From Eledone cirrhosa (lineage: Eukaryota), in assembly GCA_964016885.1 (NCBI GenBank), contig OZ024745.1, positions 16,120,001-16,184,000 on the forward strand: a DNA stretch of 64,000 bases, written 5' to 3'. Under the pieces are notes generated by a model. It had not been told where the DNA came from, made no database searches, and saw only the letters and a list, made by a program, of their open reading frames with translations. The translations under genes and the position numbers were made by a program. Below are positions 24,657-36,600 of this stretch, piece after piece (the stretch's first letter is position 1; every line of letters starts with the position of its first letter).

Positions 24657-27600
24657 ATGTGGTTGTGAGTTTAAAGGTGATGTGGTTGTGAGTTTAAAGG
24701 TGATGTGGTTGTGAGTTTAAAGGTGATGTGGTTGTGAGTTTAAAGGTGGTGTGGTTGTGAGTTTAAAGGTGGTGTGGTTGTCAGTTGAAAGGTGTTGTGG
24801 TTGTGAGTTTAAAGGTGGTGTGGTTGTGAGTTTAAAGGTGGTGTGGTTGTGAGTTGAAAGGTGATGTGGTTGTGAGTTGAAAGGTGGTGTGGTTGTGAGT
24901 TTAAAGGTGGTGTGGTTGTGAGTTGAAAGGTGATGTGGTTGTGAGTTGAAAGTTGATGTGGTTGTGAGTTGAAAGGTGGTGTGGTTGTGAGTTTAAAGGT
25001 GATGTGGTTGTGAGTTTAAAGGTGATGTGGTTGTGAGTTGAAAGGTGATGTGGTTGTGAGTTTAAAGGTGATGTGGTTGTGAGTTGAAAGGTGATGTGGT
25101 TGTGAGTTGAAAGGTGATGTGGTTGTGAGTTTAAAGGTGATGTGGTTGTGAGTTTAAAGGTGATGTGGTTGTGAGTTGAAAGGTGGTGTGGTTGTGAGTT
25201 GAAAGGTGGTGTGGTTGTGAGTTGAAAGGTGATGTGGTTGTGAGTTTAAAGGTGATGTGGTTGTGAGTTTAAAGGTGATGTGGTTGTGAGTTTAAAGGTT
25301 ATGTGGTTGTGAGTTGAAAGGTGGTGTGGTTGTGAGTTGAAAGGTGGTGTGGTTGTGAATTTGAAAGGTGGTGTGGTTGTGAGTTGAAAGGTGGTCTGGT
25401 TGTGAGTTTAAAGGTGGTGTGGTTGTGAGTTTAAAGGTAGTGTGGTTGTGAGTTGAAAGGTGATGTGGTTGTGAGTTAAAAGGTGGTATGGTTGTGAGTT
25501 GAAAGGTGGTGTGGTTGTGAGTTGAAAGGTGATGTGGTTGTGAGTTTAAAGGTGATGTGGTTGTGAGTTGAAAGGTGGTGTGGTTGTGAGTTTAAAGGTG
25601 ATGTGGTTGTGAGTTGAAAGGTGATGTGGTTGTGAGTTGAAAGGTGGTGTCGTTGTGAGTTGAAAGGTGGTGTGGTTGTGAGTTGAAAGGTGGTGTCGTT
25701 GTGAGTTGAAAGGTGGTGTGGTTGTGAGTTGAAAGGTGGTGTGGTTGTGAGTTGAAAGGTGGTGTGGTTGTGAGTTTAAAGGTGATGTGGTTGTGAGTTT
25801 AAAGGTGATGTGGTTGTGAGTTGAAAGGTGATGTGGTTGTGAGTTGATAGGTGGTGTGGTTGTGAGTTGAAAGGTGGTGTGGTTGTGAGTTGAAAGGTGG
25901 TGTGGTTGTGAGTTTAAAGGTGATGTGGTTGTGAGTTTAAAGGTGATGTGGTTGTGAGTTGAAAGGTGGTGTGGTTGTGAGTTGAAAGGTGGTGTGGTTG
26001 TGAGTTGAAAGGTGGTGTGGTTGTGAGTTGAAAGGTGGTGTGGTTGTGAGTTGAAAGGTGATGTGGTTGTGAGTTTAAAGGTGATGTGGTTGTGAGTTGA
26101 AAGGTGATGTGGTTGTGAGTTGAAAGGTGGTGTCGTTGTGAGTTGAAAGGTTGTGTGGTTGTGAGTTGAAAGGTGATGTGGTTGTGAGTTGAAAGGTGAT
26201 GTGGTTGTGAGTTGAAAGGTGGTGTCGTTGTGAGTTGAAAGGTGGTGTGGTTGTGAGTTGAAAGGTGGTGTGGTTGTGAGTTGAAAGGTGGTGTGGTTGT
26301 GAGTTGAAAGGTGATGTGGTTGTGAGTTTAAAGGTGGTGTGGTTGTGAGTTGAAAGGTGATGTGGTTGTGAGTTGATAGGTGGTGTGGTTGTGAGTTGAA
26401 AGGTGGTGTGGTTGTGAGTTGAAAGGTGGTGTGGTTGTGAGTTTAAAGGTGATGTGGTTGTGAGTTGAAAGGTGGTGTGGTTGTGAGTTGAAAGGTGATG
26501 TGGTTGTGAGTTGAAAGGTGGTATGGTTGTGAGTTTAAAGGTGATGTGGTTGTGAGTTGAAAGGTGGTGTGGTTGTGAGTTTAAAGGTGATGTGGTTGTG
26601 AGTTTAAAGGTGGTGTGGTTGTGAGTTGAAAGGTGATGTGGTTGTGAGTTGATAGGTGGTGTGGTTGTGAGTTGAAAGGTGGTGTGGTTGTGAGTTTAAA
26701 GGTGGTGTGGTTGTGAGTTTAAAGGTGATGTGGTTGTGAGTTTAAAGGTGATGTGGTTGTGAGTTGAAAGGTGGTGTGGTTGTGAGTTGAAAGGTGATGT
26801 GGTTGTGAGTTGAAAGGTGATGTGGTTGTGAGTTGAAAGGTGATGTGGTTGTGAGTTGAAAGGTCGTGTCGTTGTGAGTTGAAAGGTGGTGTGGTTGTGA
26901 GTTGAAAGGTGATGTTGTTGTGAGTTGAAAGGTGGTGTGGTTGTGAGTTGAAAGGTGGTGTGGTTGTGAGTTGAAAGGTGGTGCGGTTGTGAGTTGAAAG
27001 GTGGTGTGGTTGTAAGTTGAAAGGTGATGTGGTTGCGAGTTTAAAGGTGATGTGGTTGTGAGTTGAAAGGTGATGTGGTTGTGAGTTGAAAGGTGGTGTC
27101 GTTGTGAGTTGAAAGGTTGTGTGGTTGTGAGTTGAAAGGTGATGTGGTTGTGAGTTGAAAGGTGGTGTGGTTGTGAGTTGAAATGTGGTGTGGTTGTCAG
27201 TTGAAAGGTGATGTGGTTGTGAGTTGAAAGGTGGTGTGGTTGTGAGTTGAAAGGTGGTGTGGTTGTGAGTTGAAAGGTGGTGTGGTTGTGAGTTGAAAGG
27301 TGATGTGGTTGTGAGTTGAAAGGTGGTGTGGTTGTGAGTTGAAAGGTGGTGTGGTTGTGAGTTGAAAGGTGATGTGGTTGTGAGTTGAAAGGTGATGTGG
27401 TTGTCAGTTGAAAGGTGATGTGGTTGTGAGTTGAAAGGTGGTGTGGTTGTGAGTTGAAAGGTGGTGTGGTTGTGAGTTGAAAGGTGATGTGGTTGTGAGT
27501 TGAAAGGTGGTGTGGTTGTCAGTTGAAAGGTGATGTGGTTGTGAGTTGAAAGGTGGTGTGGTTGTGAGTTGAAAGGTGGTGTGGTTGTGAGTTGAAAGGT

Positions 27601-30600
27601 GATGTGGTTGTGAGTTGAAAGGTGGTGTGGTTGTGAGTTGAAAGGTTGTGTGGTTGTGAGTTGAAAGGTGATGTGGTTGTGAGTTGAAAGGTGGTGTGGT
27701 TGTGAGGTGAAAGGTGATGTGGTTGTGAGTGTTGAAAGGTGGTGTGGTTGTGAGGTGAAAGGTGGTGTGGTTGTGAGTTGAAAGGTGGTGTGGTTGTGAG
27801 TGTTGAAAGGTGGTGTGGTTGTGAGTTGAAAGGTGGTGTGGTTGTGAGTGTTGAAAGGTGGTGTGGTTGTGTGTTGAAAGGTGGTGTGGTTGTGAGTTGA
27901 AAGGTGGTGTGGTTGTGAGTTGAAAGGTGATGTGGTTGTGTGTTGAAAGGTGGTGTGGTTGTGAGTTGATAGGTGGTGTGGTTGTGAGTTGAAAGGTGAT
28001 GTGGTTGTGAGTTGAAAGGTGATGTGGTTGTGAGTTGAAAGGTGGTGTGCTTGTGAGTTGAAAAGTGGTGTGGTTGTGATTCGAAAGGTGGTGTGGTTGT
28101 GAGTTGAAAGGTGATGTGGTTGTGAGTTGAAAGGTGATGTGGTTGTGAGTTGAAAGGTGATGTGGTTGTGTGTTGAAAGGTGGTGTGGTTGTGAGTTGAT
28201 AGGTGGTGTGGTTGTGAGTTGAAAGGTGATGTGGTTGTGAGTTGAAAGGTGATGTGGTTGTGTGTTGAAAGGTGGTGTGGTTGTGAGTTGATAGGTGGTG
28301 TGGTTGTGAGTTGAAAGGTGATGTGGTTGTGAGTTGAAAGGTGATGTGGTTGTGTGTTGAAAGGTGGTGTGCTTGTGAGTTGAAAAGTGGTGTGGTTGTG
28401 ATTCGAAAGGTGGTGTGGTTGTGAGTTGAAAGGTGATGTGGTTGTGAGTTGAAAGGTGATGTGGTTGTGAGTTGAAAGGTGATGTGGTTGTGTGTTGAAA
28501 GGTGGTGTGGTTGTGAGTTGATAGGTGGTGTGGTTGTGAGTTGAAAGGTGATGTGGTTGTGAGTTGAAAGGTGATGTGGTTGTGTGTTGAAAGGTGGTGT
28601 GGTTGTGAGTTGATAGGTGGTGTGGTTGTGAGTTGAAAGGTGGTGTGGTTGTGTGTTGAAAGGTGATGTGGTTGTGAGTTGAAAGGTGATGTGGTTGTGA
28701 GTTGAAAGGTGGTGTGGTTGTGAGTTGAAAGGTGATGTGGTTGTGAGTTGAAAGGTGGTGTGGTTGTGAGTTGAAAGGTGGTGTGGTTGTGAGTTTGAAG
28801 GTGATGTGGTTGTGAGTTGAAAGGTGATGTGGTTGTGAGTTGAAAGCTGGTGTGGTTGTGAGTTTAAAGGTGGTGTGGTTGTGTGTTGAAAGGTGATGTG
28901 GTTGTAAGTTGAAAGGTGATGTGGTTGTGAGTTGAAAGGTGGTGTGGTTGTGAGTTTAAAGGTGGTGTCGTTGTGAGTTGAAAAGTGGTGTGGTTGTGAG
29001 TTGAAAGGTGATGTGGTTGTGAGTTGAAAGGTGATGTGGTTGTGAGTTTAACGGTGATGTGGTTGTGAGGTGAAAGGTGGTGTGGTTGTCAGTTGAAAGG
29101 TGATGTGGTTGTGAGTTGAAAGGTGGTGTGGTTGTGAGTTGAAAGGTGGTGTGGTTGTGAGTTGAAAGGTGATGTGGTTGTGAGTTGAAAGGTGGTGTGG
29201 TTGTGAGTTGAAAGGTTGTGTGGTTGTGAGTTGAAAGGTGATGTGGTTGTGAGTTGAAAGGTGGTGTGGTTGTGAGGTGAAAGGTGATGTGGTTGTGAGT
29301 GTTGAAAGGTGGTGTGGTTGTGAGTTGAAAGGTGGTGTGGTTGTGAGTTGAAAGGTGGTGTGGTTGTGAGTGTTGAAAGGTGGTGTGGTTGTGAGTTGAA
29401 AGGTGGTGTGGTTGTGAGTGTTGAAAGGTGGTGTGGTTGTGTGTTGAAAGGTGGTGTGGTTGTGAGTTGAAAGGTGGTGTGGTTGTGAGTTGAAAGGTGA
29501 TGTGGTTGTGTGTTGAAAGGTGGTGTGGTTGTGAGTTGATAGGTGGTGTGGTTGTGAGTTGAAAGGTGATGTGGTTGTGAGTTGAAAGGTGATGTGGTTG
29601 TGAGTTGAAAGGTGGTGTGCTTGTGAGTTGAAAAGTGGTGTGGTTGTGATTCGAAAGGTGGTGTGGTTGTGAGTTGAAAGGTGATGTGGTTGTGAGTTGA
29701 AAGGTGATGTGGTTGTGAGTTGAAAGGTGATGTGGTTGTGTGTTGAAAGGTGGTGTGGTTGTGAGTTGATAGGTGGTGTGGTTGTGAGTTGAAAGGTGAT
29801 GTGGTTGTGAGTTGAAAGGTGATGTGGTTGTGTGTTGAAAGGTGGTGTGGTTGTGAGTTGATAGGTGGTGTGGTTGTGAGTTGAAAGGTGATGTGGTTGT
29901 GAGTTGAAAGGTGATGTGGTTGTGTGTTGAAAGGTGGTGTGCTTGTGAGTTGAAAAGTGGTGTGGTTGTGATTCGAAAGGTGGTGTGGTTGTGAGTTGAA
30001 AGGTGATGTGGTTGTGAGTTGAAAGGTGATGTGGTTGTGAGTTGAAAGGTGATGTGGTTGTGTGTTGAAAGGTGGTGTGGTTGTGAGTTGATAGGTGGTG
30101 TGGTTGTGAGTTGAAAGGTGATGTGGTTGTGAGTTGAAAGGTGATGTGGTTGTGTGTTGAAAGGTGGTGTGGTTGTGAGTTGATAGGTGGTGTGGTTGTG
30201 AGTTGAAAGGTGGTGTGGTTGTGTGTTGAAAGGTGATGTGGTTGTGAGTTGAAAGGTGATGTGGTTGTGAGTTGAAAGGTGGTGTGGTTGTGAGTTGAAA
30301 GGTGATGTGGTTATGAGTTGAAAGGTGGTGTGGTTGTGAGTTGAAAGGTGGTGTGGTTGTGAGTTTAAAGGTGATGTGGTTGTGAGTTGAAAGGTGATGT
30401 GGTTGTGAGTTGAAAGGTGGTGTGGTTGTGAGTTTAAAGGTGGTGTGGTTGTGTGTTGAAAGGTGATGTGGTTGTGAGTTGAAAGGTGATGTGGTTGTGA
30501 GTTGAAAGGTGGTGTGGTTGTGAGTTTAAAGGTGGTGTCGTTGTGAGTTGAAAAGTGGTGTGGTTGTGAGGTGAAAGGTGATGTGGTTGTGAGTTGAAAG

Positions 30601-33600
30601 GTGATGTGGTTGTGAGTTTAAAGGTGATGTGGTTGTGAGGTGAAAGGTGATGTGGTTGTGAGTTGAAAGGTGGTGTGGTTGTGAGTTGAAAAGTGGTGTG
30701 GTTGTGAGGTGAAAGGTGATGTGGTTGTGAGTTGAAAGGTGGTGTGGTTGTGAGTTGAAAGGTGATGTGGTTGTGAGTTGAAAGGTGATGTGGTTGTGAG
30801 TTTAAAGGTGGTGTGGTTGTGAGTTGAAAGGTGATGTGGTTGTTAGTTGAAAGGTGATGTGGTTGTAAGTTGAAAGGTGGTGTGGTTGTGTGTTGAAAGG
30901 TGATGTGGTTGTGAGTTTAAAGGTGGTGTGGTTGTGAGTTGAAAGGTGGTGTGGTTGTGAGTTGAAAGGTGTTGTGGTTGTGAGTTGAAAGGTGGTGTGG
31001 TTGTGAGTTGAAAGGTGGTGTGGTTGTGATTTGAAAGGTGGTGTGGTTGTGAGTTGAAAGGTGGTGTGGTTGTGAGTGTTGAAAGGTGGTGTGGTTGTGA
31101 GTTGAAAGGTGGTGTGGTTGTGAGTTGAAAGGTGGTGTGGTTGTGAGTGTTGAAAGGTGGTGTGGTTGTGAGTTGAAAGGTGGTGTGGTTGTGAGTTGAA
31201 AGGTGGTGTGGTTGTGAGTGTTGAAAGGTGGTGTGTTTGTGAGTTGAAAGGTGGTGTGGTTGTGAGTGTTGAAAGGTGGTGTGGTTGTGAGTTGAAAGGT
31301 GGTGTGGTTGTGAGTTGAAAGGTGGTGTGGTTGTGAGTTGAAAGGTGGTGTGGTTGTGAGTTGAAAGGTGGTGTGGTTGTAAGTGTTGAAAGGTGGTGTG
31401 GTTGTGAGTTGAAAGGTGATGTGGTTGTGAGTTGAAAGGTGAAGTGGTTGTGAGTGTTGAAAGGTGGTGTGGTTGTGAGTTGAAAGGGGGTGTGGTTGTG
31501 AGTTGAAAGGTGATGTGGTTGTGAGTTGAAAGGTGGTGTGGTTGTGAGTGTTGAAAGGTGGTAGGGTTGTGAGTTGAAAGGTGGTGTGGTTGTGAGTGTT
31601 GACAGATGGTGTGGTTGTGAGTTGAAAGGTGATGTGGTTGTGAATTGAAAGGTGATGTGGTTGTGAGTTGAAAGGTGGTGTGGTTTTGAGTTGAAAGGTG
31701 GTGTGGTTGTGAGTTGAAAGGTGGTGTGGTTGTGAGTTGAAAGGTGATGTGGTTGTGAGTTGAAAGGTGGTGTGGTTGTGAGTTGAAAGGTGGTGTGGTT
31801 GTGAGTTGAAAGGTGTTGTGGTTGTGAGTTGAAAGGTGGTGTGGTTGTGTGTTGAAAGGTGATGTGGTTGTGAGTTGAAAGGTGGTGTGGTTGTGAGTTG
31901 AAAGGTGGTGTGGTTGTGAGTTGAAGGTGGTGTGGTTGTGAGTTGAAAGGTGATGTGGTTGTGAGTTGAAAGGTGGTGTGGTTGTGAGTTGAAAGGTGGT
32001 GTGGTTGTGAGTTGAAAGGTGTTGTGGTTGTGAGTTGAAAGGTGGTGTGGTTGTGAGTTGAAAGGTGTTGTGGTTGTGAGTTGAAAGGTGGTGTGGTTGT
32101 GAGTTGAAAGGTGATGTGGTTGTGAGTTGAAAGGTGATGTGGTTGTGAGTTGAAAGGTGGTGTGGTTGTAAGTTGAAAGGTGATGTGGTTGTGAGTGTTG
32201 AAAGGTGGTGTGGTTGTGTGTTGAAAGGTGGTGTGCTTGTGAGTTGAAAAGTGGTGTGGTTGTGAGGTGAAAGGTGGTGTGGTTGTGAGTTGAAAGGTGG
32301 TGTGGTTGTGAGTTGTAAGGTGATGTGGTTGTGAGTTGAAAGGTGGTGTGGTTGTGAGTTTAAAGGTGATGTGGTTGTGAGTTTAAAGGTGATGTGGTTG
32401 TGAGTTGAAAGGTGGTGTGGTTGTGAGTTGAAAGGTGATGTGGTTGTGAGTTGAAAGGTGATGTGGTTGTGAGTTGAAAGGTGATGTGGTTGTGAGTTGA
32501 AAGGTCGTGTCGTTGTGAGTTGAAAGGTGGTGTGGTTGTGAGTTGAAAGGTGATGTTGTTGTGAGTTGAAAGGTGGTGTGGTTGTGAGTTGAAAGGTGGT
32601 GTGGTTGTGAGTTGAAAGGTGGTGCGGTTGTGAGTTGAAAGGTGGTGTGGTTGTGAGTTGAAAGGTGATGTGGTTGCGAGTTTAAAGGTGATGTGGTTGT
32701 GAGTTGAAAGGTGATGTGGTTGTGAGTTGAAAGGTGGTGTCGTTGTGAGTTGAAAGGTTGTGTGGTTGTGAGTTGAAAGGTGATGTGGTTGTGAGTTGAA
32801 AGGTGGTGTGGTTGTGAGTTGAAATGTGGTGTGGTTGTCAGTTGAAAGGTGATGTGGTTGTGAGTTGAAAGGTGGTGTGGTTGTGAGTTGAAAGGTGGTG
32901 TGGTTGTGAGTTGAAAGGTGGTGTGGTTGTGAGTTGAAAGGTGATGTGGTTGTGAGTTGAAAGGTGGTGTGGTTGTGAGTTGAAAGGTGGTGTGGTTGTG
33001 AGTTGAAAGGTGATGTGGTTGTGAGTTGAAAGGTGATGTGGTTGTCAGTTGAAAGGTGATGTGGTTGTGAGTTGAAAGGTGGTGTGGTTGTGAGTTGAAA
33101 GGTGGTGTGGTTGTGAGTTGAAAGGTGATGTGGTTGTGAGTTGAAAGGTGGTGTGGTTGTCAGTTGAAAGGTGATGTGGTTGTGAGTTGAAAGGTGGTGT
33201 GGTTGTGAGTTGAAAGGTGGTGTGGTTGTGAGTTGAAAGGTGATGTGGTTGTGAGTTGAAAGGTGGTGTGGTTGTGAGTTGAAAGGTTGTGTGGTTGTGA
33301 GTTGAAAGGTGATGTGGTTGTGAGTTGAAAGGTGGTGTGGTTGTGAGGTGAAAGGTGATGTGGTTGTGAGTGTTGAAAGGTGGTGTGGTTGTGAGGTGAA
33401 AGGTGGTGTGGTTGTGAGTTGAAAGGTGGTGTGGTTGTGAGTGTTGAAAGGTGGTGTGGTTGTGAGTTGAAAGGTGGTGTGGTTGTGAGTGTTGAAAGGT
33501 GGTGTGGTTGTGTGTTGAAAGGTGGTGTGGTTGTGAGTTGAAAGGTGGTGTGGTTGTGAGTTGAAAGGTGATGTGGTTGTGTGTTGAAAGGTGGTGTGGT

Positions 33601-36600
33601 TGTGAGTTGATAGGTGGTGTGGTTGTGAGTTGAAAGGTGATGTGGTTGTGAGTTGAAAGGTGATGTGGTTGTGAGTTGAAAGGTGGTGTGCTTGTGAGTT
33701 GAAAAGTGGTGTGGTTGTGATTCGAAAGGTGGTGTGGTTGTGAGTTGAAAGGTCATGTGGTTGTGAGTTGAAAGGTGATGTGGTTGTGAGTTGAAAGGTG
33801 ATGTGGTTGTGTGTTGAAAGGTGGTGTGGTTGTGAGTTGATAGGTGGTGTGGTTGTGAGTTGAAAGGTGATGTGGTTGTGAGTTGAAAGGTGATGTGGTT
33901 GTGTGTTGAAAGGTGGTGTGGTTGTGAGTTGATAGGTGGTGTGGTTGTGAGTTGAAAGGTGATGTGGTTGTGAGTTGAAAGGTGATGTGGTTGTGTGTTG
34001 AAAGGTGGTGTGCTTGTGAGTTGAAAAGTGGTGTGGTTGTGATTCGAAAGGTAGTGTGGTTGTGAGTTGAAAGGTGATGTGGTTGTGAGTTGAAAGGTGA
34101 TGTGGTTGTGAGTTGAAAGGTGATGTGGTTGTGTGTTGAAAGGTGGTGTGGTTGTGAGTTGATAGGTGGTGTGGTTGTGAGTTGAAAGGTGATGTGGTTG
34201 TGAGTTGAAAGGTGATGTGGTTGTGTGTTGAAAGGTGGTGTGGTTGTGAGTTGATAGGTGGTGTGGTTGTGAGTTGAAAGGTGGTGTGGTTGTGTGTTGA
34301 AAGGTGATGTGGTTGTGAGTTGAAAGGTGATGTGGTTGTGAGTTGAAAGGTGGTGTGGTTGTGAGTTGAAAGGTGATGTGGTTGTGAGTTGAAAGGTGGT
34401 GTGGTTGTGAGTTGAAAGGTGGTGTGGTTGTGAGTTTGAAGGTGATGTGGTTGTGAGTTGAAAGGTGATGTGGTTGTGAGTTGAAAGCTGGTGTGGTTGT
34501 GAGTTTAAAGGTGGTGTGGTTGTGTGTTGAAAGGTGATGTGGTTGTAAGTTGAAAGGTGATGTGGTTGTGAGTTGAAAGGTGGTGTGGTTGTGAGTTTAA
34601 AGGTGGTGTCGTTGTGAGTTGAAAAGTGGTGTGGTTGTGAGTTGAAAGGTGATGTGGTTGTGAGTTGAAAGGTGATGTGGTTGTGAGTTTAACGGTGATG
34701 TGGTTGTGAGGTGAAAGGTGGTGTGGTTGTCAGTTGAAAGGTGATGTGGTTGTGAGTTGAAAGGTGGTGTGGTTGTGAGTTGAAAGGTGGTGTGGTTGTG
34801 AGTTGAAAGGTGATGTGGTTGTGAGTTGAAAGGTGGTGTGGTTGTGAGTTGAAAGGTTGTGTGGTTGTGAGTTGAAAGGTGATGTGGTTGTGAGTTGAAA
34901 GGTGGTGTGGTTGTGAGGTGAAAGGTGATGTGGTTGTGAGTGTTGAAAGGTGGTGTGGTTGTGAGTTGAAAGGTGGTGTGGTTGTGAGTTGAAAGGTGGT
35001 GTGGTTGTGAGTGTTGAAAGGTGGTGTGGTTGTGAGTTGAAAGGTGGTGTGGTTGTGAGTGTTGAAAGGTGGTGTGGTTGTGTGTTGAAAGGTGGTGTGG
35101 TTGTGAGTTGAAAGGTGGTGTGGTTGTGAGTTGAAAGGTGATGTGGTTGTGTGTTGAAAGGTGGTGTGGTTGTGAGTTGATAGGTGGTGTGGTTGTGAGT
35201 TGAAAGGTGATGTGGTTGTGAGTTGAAAGGTGATGTGGTTGTGAGTTGAAAGGTGGTGTGCTTGTGAGTTGAAAAGTGGTGTGGTTGTGATTCGAAAGGT
35301 GGTGTGGTTGTGAGTTGAAAGGTGATGTGGTTGTGAGTTGAAAGGTGATGTGGTTGTGAGTTGAAAGGTGATGTGGTTGTGTGTTGAAAGGTGGTGTGGT
35401 TGTGAGTTGATAGGTGGTGTGGTTGTGAGTTGAAAGGTGATGTGGTTGTGAGTTGAAAGGTGATGTGGTTGTGTGTTGAAAGGTGGTGTGGTTGTGAGTT
35501 GATAGGTGGTGTGGTTGTGAGTTGAAAGGTGATGTGGTTGTGAGTTGAAAGGTGATGTGGTTGTGTGTTGAAAGGTGGTGTGCTTGTGAGTTGAAAAGTG
35601 GTGTGGTTGTGATTCGAAAGGTGGTGTGGTTGTGAGTTGAAAGGTGATGTGGTTGTGAGTTGAAAGGTGATGTGGTTGTGAGTTGAAAGGTGATGTGGTT
35701 GTGTGTTGAAAGGTGGTGTGGTTGTGAGTTGATAGGTGGTGTGGTTGTGAGTTGAAAGGTGATGTGGTTGTGAGTTGAAAGGTGATGTGGTTGTGTGTTG
35801 AAAGGTGGTGTGGTTGTGAGTTGATAGGTGGTGTGGTTGTGAGTTGAAAGGTGGTGTGGTTGTGTGTTGAAAGGTGATGTGGTTGTGAGTTGAAAGGTGA
35901 TGTGGTTGTGAGTTGAAAGGTGGTGTGGTTGTGAGTTGAAAGGTGATGTGGTTATGAGTTGAAAGGTGGTGTGGTTGTGAGTTGAAAGGTGGTGTGGTTG
36001 TGAGTTTAAAGGTGATGTGGTTGTGAGTTGAAAGGTGATGTGGTTGTGAGTTGAAAGGTGGTGTGGTTGTGAGTTTAAAGGTGGTGTGGTTGTGTGTTGA
36101 AAGGTGATGTGGTTGTGAGTTGAAAGGTGATGTGGTTGTGAGTTGAAAGGTGGTGTGGTTGTGAGTTTAAAGGTGGTGTCGTTGTGAGTTGAAAAGTGGT
36201 GTGGTTGTGAGGTGAAAGGTGATGTGGTTGTGAGTTGAAAGGTGATGTGGTTGTGAGTTTAAAGGTGATGTGGTTGTGAGGTGAAAGGTGATGTGGTTGT
36301 GAGTTGAAAGGTGGTGTGGTTGTGAGTTGAAAAGTGGTGTGGTTGTGAGGTTAAAAGGTGATGTGGTTGTGAGTTGAAAGGTGGTGTGGTTGTGAGTTGA
36401 AAGGTGATGTGGTTGTGAGTTGAAAGGTGATGTGGTTGTGAGTTTAAAGGTGGTGTGGTTGTGAGTTGAAAGGTGATGTGGTTGTTAGTTGAAAGGTGAT
36501 GTGGTTGTAAGTTGAAAGGTGGTGTGGTTGTGTGTTGAAAGGTGATGTGGTTGTGAGTTTAAAGGTGGTGTGGTTGTGAGTTGAAAGGTGGTGTGGTTGT

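Noticed and set aside
33160-33756. 198-aa ORF within the satellite
   Set aside because: A chance ATG from a point variant on the C-rich strand of a 23-bp repeat.
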